Positions 7,069 through 11,879 of a stretch of DNA of 11,879 bases are shown here, in pieces. The notes under the pieces were generated by a model that was not told the origin of the DNA, did no database searches, and was given only the letters and a program-made list of their open reading frames with translations. The stretch lies in assembly GCA_963977445.1 (NCBI GenBank), contig CAXBPH010000217.1, positions 1 through 11,879 of the forward strand, in the 5' to 3' direction. Each line of letters begins with the position of its first letter. Positions within the stretch are counted from its first letter, which is position 1. This stretch comes from an uncultured bacterium. Its GTDB lineage: Bacteria; Hydrogenedentota; Hydrogenedentia; Hydrogenedentales; JAEUWI01. A program made the translations under genes and the position numbers.

Positions 7069-7337
7069 TCCGCAGAGCTGCCCTCAGGGGGACGGCCCCG
7101 ACTGTCTTTTTGCCCCGCCCCAACGCAAATACTTCCATTCCGCCAAGACGGCATCTGAAGGAAAAAAGTGGCCATGTCGGTGCAGTCCCCAGGGGACTGC
7201 ACCGACGCTACGTCTACGAACAATAAATAACAACGTCGTGGCCAGACAGTTGTCGGGGCTAATGGAAACGCACGAGATAGTCGGGGCCGTCCCCCTGAGG
7301 GCAGGTCTGCGGATCGGGGGACGATCCGACTGTCTTT
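7069..7337. repeat. Nested inverted-repeat (REP/BIME-like) intergenic element
   Basis: 39-bp inverted arms 7069-7107 / 7275-7313 (37/39 match). Perfect 15-bp palindrome arms 7176-7190 / 7192-7206. An additional degenerate unit at 7316-7337. Confidence 0.85.
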
Positions 7338-7481
7338 ACGTCTTCGACGTAATGCAGGCGGGCCGCCCACCAAAGGCGCGTCCGAGACCTGCGCTCCCAA
7401 TTGTCTTAGACTGACGCTGAAAAACCTCGACCATGCCGCCTGCCAGGGTCTTATGGTTGGCGCTTTTCTATCTCCACTTTT

Positions 7482-8798
7482 TCAAAGTTGCGCCAGGTTA
7501 TCCCGGGCATCCTTGAGGGCGGGGGCCAGCTTGAGTGCCCGCTCGAAGGAGTCCCGTGCACGATTCCGCTCGCCCATGGTGTGGAGCAACACCCCCAAAT
7601 CATTGTGGATAAGTCCATCTTCAGCGTCCAACGCGAGGGCCTGCACCAGGAGCTTCAGGGCCTCTTCCCGGTTCCCGTCGAGGAAGGCATCCTCCCCGGC
7701 ACTACGAAGTTCATGGGCCTGGAGACGCTTCCGGGCTTCTTCCAGATTGGGCGCCTTTCGGGTAAGGGCACGAATCAGCTCCTGGGCATCATCGCATGCG
7801 CCCTGGTAGTCACGGACCCGTGCGAGGCACAACGTTGCGAGAGGCGCGACGGATTGTGCCGCAATGACGCTGCCCAGACGTTCCTCGGCTTCGGTCCAAT
7901 CGCCCCGGTAGGCCGCAATGACCCCAAGCACAATCTGGGCATGGGCCGGGCCCTGGCCATCACGCTCGAGGGTCAGCAAGACATCCCGGGCCGCTTCGAT
8001 TTCATCGCGTTCCAGAAGTATGGTCGAGAGGACGGTGCTGAGCTCGACATTACCGGGGGCCAGGGCGAGGGCCGCGCGACAGGCCTCTTCCGCTTCCCTG
8101 GTCTCACCGCAGGCCATGGCCTGTTCTGCGAGGTCGTGGAGACATTTTAAATCGTCTGGATGGGCAGCCCGTTTCTTTCGGGCCAGTTTCAGATAGAGTT
8201 GGGCCTTACGGGACCGCTGTTCCGGTTCACACTCGTAACCGTAGTGGTGAATCGCAATGGATGACGTGGCGATTTTCCCCTTACGCGCCAAGACACTCGC
8301 GGTGATGTTTTCGTGGACGGCCTCCCGGTATGCAAAGCCCCGATCACGACGAAAGAGGCGGAGGAGCCCCACGGGCAGGCAGCCGGCAAATCCACGGGTC
8401 ATGGGGTGTGCCGGGTCAACCGGGGTCCAGCGCCAGGCGTGGATGTCGTTGCAGTAATTCAGGAGGGTGAGCTCGACAGCCTCCGCCTCGGTCTCGTTGT
8501 CGACTATCTGGCGAATGGCCGATGCATTTTCATCATCCAGCGCTTCGTCGGCATCCAGATGAAGTAGCCAATCACCGGTAGCGGCCCGAATCGTCTCGTT
8601 GCGGGCAGCGGAGAAGTCATCGGTCCAGGGTACGTCAATGACCCGGGCTCCGAATTGTTGGGCAATCGCCACCGTGTCGTCGTCGGAGCCCGTATCGCCA
8701 ATGACAATTTCATCGGCGATTGCGGCCACACTCTGGAGGCATTCGGCCAGACAGGTTGCCTCGTTTTTTACGATCATGATTACGCTGAGAGTGGGCAT
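7482..8798 (-). CDS. Glycosyltransferase family 2 protein with C-terminal TPR repeats
   Basis: LSVIMIVKNE, DEIVIGDTGSDDDT, WTDDFSAARN, DWLLHLDADE (DxD), RLFR, VHE and IHHYGY, followed by TPR helices (IHNDLGVLLHTMGERNRARDSFERALKLAP). Confidence 0.93.
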   Translation of the reverse strand: MPTLSVIMIVKNEATCLAECLQSVAAIADEIVIGDTGSDDDTVAIAQQFGARVIDVPWTDDFSAARNETIRAATGDWLLHLDADEALDDENASAIRQIVDNETEAEAVELTLLNYCNDIHAWRWTPVDPAHPMTRGFAGCLPVGLLRLFRRDRGFAYREAVHENITASVLARKGKIATSSIAIHHYGYECEPEQRSRKAQLYLKLARKKRAAHPDDLKCLHDLAEQAMACGETREAEEACRAALALAPGNVELSTVLSTILLERDEIEAARDVLLTLERDGQGPAHAQIVLGVIAAYRGDWTEAEERLGSVIAAQSVAPLATLCLARVRDYQGACDDAQELIRALTRKAPNLEEARKRLQAHELRSAGEDAFLDGNREEALKLLVQALALDAEDGLIHNDLGVLLHTMGERNRARDSFERALKLAPALKDARDNLAQL

Positions 8799-8810
8799 GG
8801 GCGTGATCTC

Positions 8811-9512
8811 CTACCCGAGGGCAGGCTCGGCGTCTTCACTATTGAGGGAAACGAATATCTGGTTGGCGACCCGTTGACCGAGCGCGTGGGTCTGGACACC
8901 GCCCCCGAAGACAACCTCCACGTGAATAGGTCCATCGAAGGGCGCTTTCGCGGTGACCTTGAGCTCGGCCTTGGGAATAATACCCAAGCTGGCCACGTAG
9001 CGGAGCACTTCGGGGTCATCATCACACACCCGACGTACTACACCATCCTGTCCGGGATTCAATTGAACGAGATTCAGCAAGGTCTTTCCGACCGGCATGT
9101 CTCCCGTTTTCGATGGTATAGGATCGCCGTGGGGGTCAAATTCGGGATGGCCCAAGACTTCGGCCATGCGGTCGGCCAGCGTTTCAGACACAACATGCTC
9201 CAGCCGCTCGGCCTCCTGGTCCACCTGATCCCAGCTCATGCCAAGGGCTTCCTGCAGAAAGAGCTCCACGAGTCGATGGTGACGAATCACTTCGAGGGCG
9301 ATTTTTTCGCCATTGGGGGTCAGCTGCACGCCGTGATGGCGGCGATATTCGACCAGTCGGGGCTTCATATCGGCCAGCTTCTTAAGCATCTGCGTCACCG
9401 AGGCCGGTGCCACACCCAACCGCTGTGCAATGGCGGAGGTACTTACCGGGTTCACACCATCTTTAATGGTATAGATCGCCTTCAGATAGTCTTCAACGGC
9501 TTCGGAGAGCAT
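8811..9512 (-). CDS. mntR: DtxR/MntR-family metal-dependent transcriptional repressor, probably Mn2+-sensing, with C-terminal FeoA/SH3-like domain
   Basis: EDYLKAIY, HTH SVTQMLKKL, RHHRLVELFL, EAERLEH and DPHGDPIP. Asp and Glu occupy the positions of DtxR Met10 and Cys102, as in Mn-responsive members. Confidence 0.93.
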   Translation of the reverse strand: MLSEAVEDYLKAIYTIKDGVNPVSTSAIAQRLGVAPASVTQMLKKLADMKPRLVEYRRHHGVQLTPNGEKIALEVIRHHRLVELFLQEALGMSWDQVDQEAERLEHVVSETLADRMAEVLGHPEFDPHGDPIPSKTGDMPVGKTLLNLVQLNPGQDGVVRRVCDDDPEVLRYVASLGIIPKAELKVTAKAPFDGPIHVEVVFGGGVQTHALGQRVANQIFVSLNSEDAEPALG

Positions 9513-9533
9513 AGGATCCTTTCGCGCCCGAAA

Positions 9534-9641
9534 TTAGGCGCACCTCATACGACGCCGCGTGTCGTACCGCTTCTACCCGTCGCGGTCCTAATCCAATCGG
9601 CACCCAAGCAATTAGGCACAGACTAAACGTACACCATTCTA
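9534..9641 (-). promoter_or_regulatory. mntR promoter with two candidate autoregulatory operator boxes
   Basis: TTAGGcgcaCCTcA (9534-9547) and TTAGGcacagaCTAA (9612-9626) resemble TTAGG..CCTAA boxes of the DtxR/SirR family. Minus-strand -10 TAGAAT at 9636-9641. Confidence 0.55.
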
Positions 9642-9658
9642 CCGACCGCTTCAAGTAG

Positions 9659-9693
9659 AAAAACAAAAAAAAACACGCCCCAACAGGGCGTGT
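9659..9693 (-). terminator. Rho-independent terminator of flgM
   Basis: Minus strand ACACGCCC-TGTTG-GGGCGTGT (8-bp stem, 9673-9693) followed by a long T tract, 33 bp after the flgM stop. Confidence 0.85.
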
Positions 9694-9726
9694 ATATCAT
9701 TCGCTTCAGCGCGTGTTACCGGGAAT

Positions 9727-10044
9727 CTACCCCAGATATTTCAAAATCTTGTCCGCGACTTGACTTACGACGGCGGGATCCTTGTAGGAACCCTGCTCGA
9801 TGCGCTGCCGCGCGGCCTCAACGCGGTCTGCTCGGATGTCGCTTTGCGTATTGGACGCTTGGACCAGGCGAGCAACTTCAACCGCAGCCTGGGCCTCGGA
9901 ACTGATGCTTACATTGTCTTCTGCTGATGAACTGCCAGTTGTACTGGAAACGTCACGGGTTTCTTGGTCGCGATCGTTGCGTACCTTGGCCGGTCCACCA
10001 GACTTGGGCTCTGGAACGCCTCCAAGTCCTTGAATACCAACCAT
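9727..10044 (-). CDS. flgM: Flagellar anti-sigma-28 factor FlgM
   Basis: 105 aa with DNVSISSEA, DIRADRVEAARQRIEQGSY and VADKIL. RBS GAGGAG and a consensus sigma-28 promoter upstream. Confidence 0.92.
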   Translation of the reverse strand: MVGIQGLGGVPEPKSGGPAKVRNDRDQETRDVSSTTGSSSAEDNVSISSEAQAAVEVARLVQASNTQSDIRADRVEAARQRIEQGSYKDPAVVSQVADKILKYLG

Positions 10045-10100
10045 TTTACACGCTCCTCAGGCTAAGCCTGTGTTTTACTACCTTTAACTCTCTACTGTAT

Positions 10101-10127
10101 TTATCGGCAATAATACCCGAGACTTTA
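10101..10127 (-). promoter_or_regulatory. Sigma-28 (FliA) promoter of flgM
   Basis: Minus strand TAAA (10127-10124), 15-nt spacer, GCCGATAA (10108-10101): an exact consensus match. An A/T-rich tract lies just upstream. Confidence 0.92.
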
Positions 10128-10150
10128 GCGGAAAACCAAAAAAAATGTTT

Positions 10151-11344
10151 TTATTCGCTCCTGGGACCTGAAATGTCGTCCAAATCACCCAGATTTCCGG
10201 TCCAGGAGGCCTGAAACAGCGCCGAAACCTGCTCCAGGGAGAACTGACCGAGCTGATTCTTGAATCGATAGGGTTCGCCTATAATATCGGTCGCCATGGC
10301 CGCCAGGGCATTTTCCGGCACGCCATGGTCGCCCGCGCCCGGCTTGAAGCCAATTTCGTCGTAGAATTGATAAAGAACCTTGGCAACGCGCCGTGGAGCC
10401 TCCGCCACCACGCCACCAGCACGGCAGCCGAGGGCCTGGGCGAGCAAATCGGTCTTTTCCGGCACCAGGTGGGCATTCCACCAGAACAGGGGCGGCAATA
10501 ACAGGGCATTGGCCACGCCGTGGGCTACCCCGCACTGGAGGGTGTAGTAGTAGCCCATGCCATGGACCAGGGTCGTGCCACTTTGGGCAATAACCATCCC
10601 CGATAGCATGGCGGCGTAGAGCAATCCTTCTCGGGCCACGAGATCATCGGGCCTCTTGAGGGCCTGGGGCAGATATTTTCGGACGGCCCGACAACATTCC
10701 AGGGCCAAAAGATTGCCTGTGGGGGTGGCTTTGCGGGAAACCATCCCTTCCATGGCCTGGCTGAGGGCATCCAGGGCCGTGGCGCAGGTGACTTCCGGGG
10801 GCATACTGACGGTCAGTGCGGGATCGAGCAGGGCCATCCGGGGGAAAAGATCGGGAGAACGGAGGGTTACCTTCTTATTCTCTATCTCATCCACGAGGAC
10901 CGCATAGGGGGTCACTTCACTGCCCGTACCTGCAGTCGTGGGTATTGCAATAACAGGCAGGGGCATATTCGGAGGGAGCTGGTCCACAAAGTCGCGGCAC
11001 CGACCTTCGTTGGGAATACAGAGGGCGAGGGCTTTGGCCACATCCATTACACTGCCGCCACCGAGGGCAATGAGCAGGTCGACCTGTTCATCGCGACAGG
11101 GTGCGACATAAGACTCGGCGTCGGAAAAAGTTGGGTTCTCGGGGACGCCTTCCAGAATAAGGGCGTTGGGTAAATAGGTCAACACCGCATCCAGATGGCC
11201 GTGTTTCCGGGCGGCCTGTTTGCCACAGAGGATAGCGGGGCGTTTAGCAAAGCGGCTGGACTCCTCCAGGGCCGCCAGAACACCCCGACCACAACGCACG
11301 TCGGTGGGCATGAAGAACCGGTGAACTTCGGGGGCTATATTCAT
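10151..11344 (-). CDS. Iron-containing (group III) alcohol dehydrogenase family protein
   Basis: ENPT, ALGGGSVMDVAK, IPTTAGTGSEVT, LDPALT, DALSQAME and HGMGY...HG. ATG at 11344, or TTG at 11350 overlapping the PilZ stop. Confidence 0.92.
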   Translation of the reverse strand: MNIAPEVHRFFMPTDVRCGRGVLAALEESSRFAKRPAILCGKQAARKHGHLDAVLTYLPNALILEGVPENPTFSDAESYVAPCRDEQVDLLIALGGGSVMDVAKALALCIPNEGRCRDFVDQLPPNMPLPVIAIPTTAGTGSEVTPYAVLVDEIENKKVTLRSPDLFPRMALLDPALTVSMPPEVTCATALDALSQAMEGMVSRKATPTGNLLALECCRAVRKYLPQALKRPDDLVAREGLLYAAMLSGMVIAQSGTTLVHGMGYYYTLQCGVAHGVANALLLPPLFWWNAHLVPEKTDLLAQALGCRAGGVVAEAPRRVAKVLYQFYDEIGFKPGAGDHGVPENALAAMATDIIGEPYRFKNQLGQFSLEQVSALFQASWTGNLGDLDDISGPRSE

Positions 11345-11346
11345 TT

Positions 11347-11736
11347 TCAAGCCGATTCGCCTTTGGCGGTGGCCCGCAGGGTGTGGTCCCCCTGCATTTC
11401 TTCAATGGCTTCTTCCGGGTCATCGGCATTGAAGGCGATTATATTGCGGAGATGTTGGACGCTGTCGATATCGAGGGCCTTAATATGGACCCCCACGCCG
11501 GTGGGCTCCACACGAACAACTTCGCCCCGACCAAGGACTTCAACGTCGTCGATTCCCCCATGGAGGACAATTCGAAAATCCAGTGGCGCACCCATGGGGA
11601 GGCTGGACTCGCAGGTGACGAATATTCCCTGGACCGCTACGTCACGCAGGGTCCCCACCACATCGGTCTCTTTTTTTCGGGAAAGGGTCACATCAAATCG
11701 CACGTTTACGCGCCGAAATTTACGTTTGTCTTCCAC
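11347..11736 (-). CDS. Single-domain PilZ c-di-GMP receptor (MapZ/PA4608-like)
   Basis: RxxxR (RKFRR), DVAVQG at the (D/N)xSxxG position, GEVVRV, and a C-terminal helix DIDSVQHLRNIIAFN. GTG start with RBS GAGGAG. Confidence 0.9.
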   Translation of the reverse strand: MEDKRKFRRVNVRFDVTLSRKKETDVVGTLRDVAVQGIFVTCESSLPMGAPLDFRIVLHGGIDDVEVLGRGEVVRVEPTGVGVHIKALDIDSVQHLRNIIAFNADDPEEAIEEMQGDHTLRATAKGESA

Positions 11737-11775
11737 GAATGCTCCTCAATGTTACCCGTTATCCTGCCTTAACGT

Positions 11776-11804
11776 ATGGTACGCCATGGCGGTGAAATCT
11801 GCAA
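11776..11804 (-). promoter_or_regulatory. Putative sigma-70 promoter for the PilZ-ADH operon
   Basis: Minus strand TTGCAG (11804-11799), 17-nt spacer, TACCAT (11781-11776). Confidence 0.5.
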
Positions 11805-11879
11805 CCGCGATGGCCGCAGGCGGGGCTGTTGGTTTAAGGTTCGGATTACGAATAAAGCCTACCAACCTGTATTTAGCGC

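Noticed and set aside
7069..7337. CRISPR array or tRNA
   Set aside because: Units alternate in orientation with irregular spacing, no cas genes are present, and there is no cloverleaf or T-loop motif.
6996..7400. 134-aa minus-strand ORF
   Set aside because: Runs through the palindromic repeat, has a TTG start and an unprotein-like composition.
8655..9626. 323-aa plus-strand ORF, and similar ORFs at 108..839, 7488..8150, 6068..6541 and 11383..11772
   Set aside because: Antisense shadows of well-supported genes in GC-rich DNA. The (SP)n tract in 6068..6541 is just the reverse of the GE repeat.
9513..9630. yybP-ykoY (Mn) or NiCo riboswitch upstream of mntR
   Set aside because: I could not recognise the conserved motifs by eye. 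Only generic hairpins are present, and an Rfam scan would settle it.

Overview
Bacterial window of about 60% GC by spot counts. A long (Gly-Glu)n linker tentatively suggests Candidatus Hydrogenedentes. There are ten credible CDS: a secreted 605-aa hypothetical (+), then on the minus strand a lower-GC HEAT-repeat protein, two TPM-domain proteins, a secreted DNRLRE-domain protein with a (GE)15 linker and Cys-containing C-terminal anchor, a GT2-TPR glycosyltransferase, an MntR/DtxR repressor, FlgM (consensus sigma-28 promoter and terminator), an iron-type alcohol dehydrogenase and a MapZ-like PilZ protein. The most unusual region is 1767-4557. It contains two interleaved duplications: a 192-bp REP-doublet element plus the TPM gene tail (about 93% identical copies), and an orphan 3' end of the 605-aa gene (66% aa identity). 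These are fused at a short microhomology and bracket the HEAT gene. A second, nested-palindrome repeat lies at 7069-7337. No rRNA, tRNA, CRISPR array, transposase, integrase or reverse transcriptase was seen.
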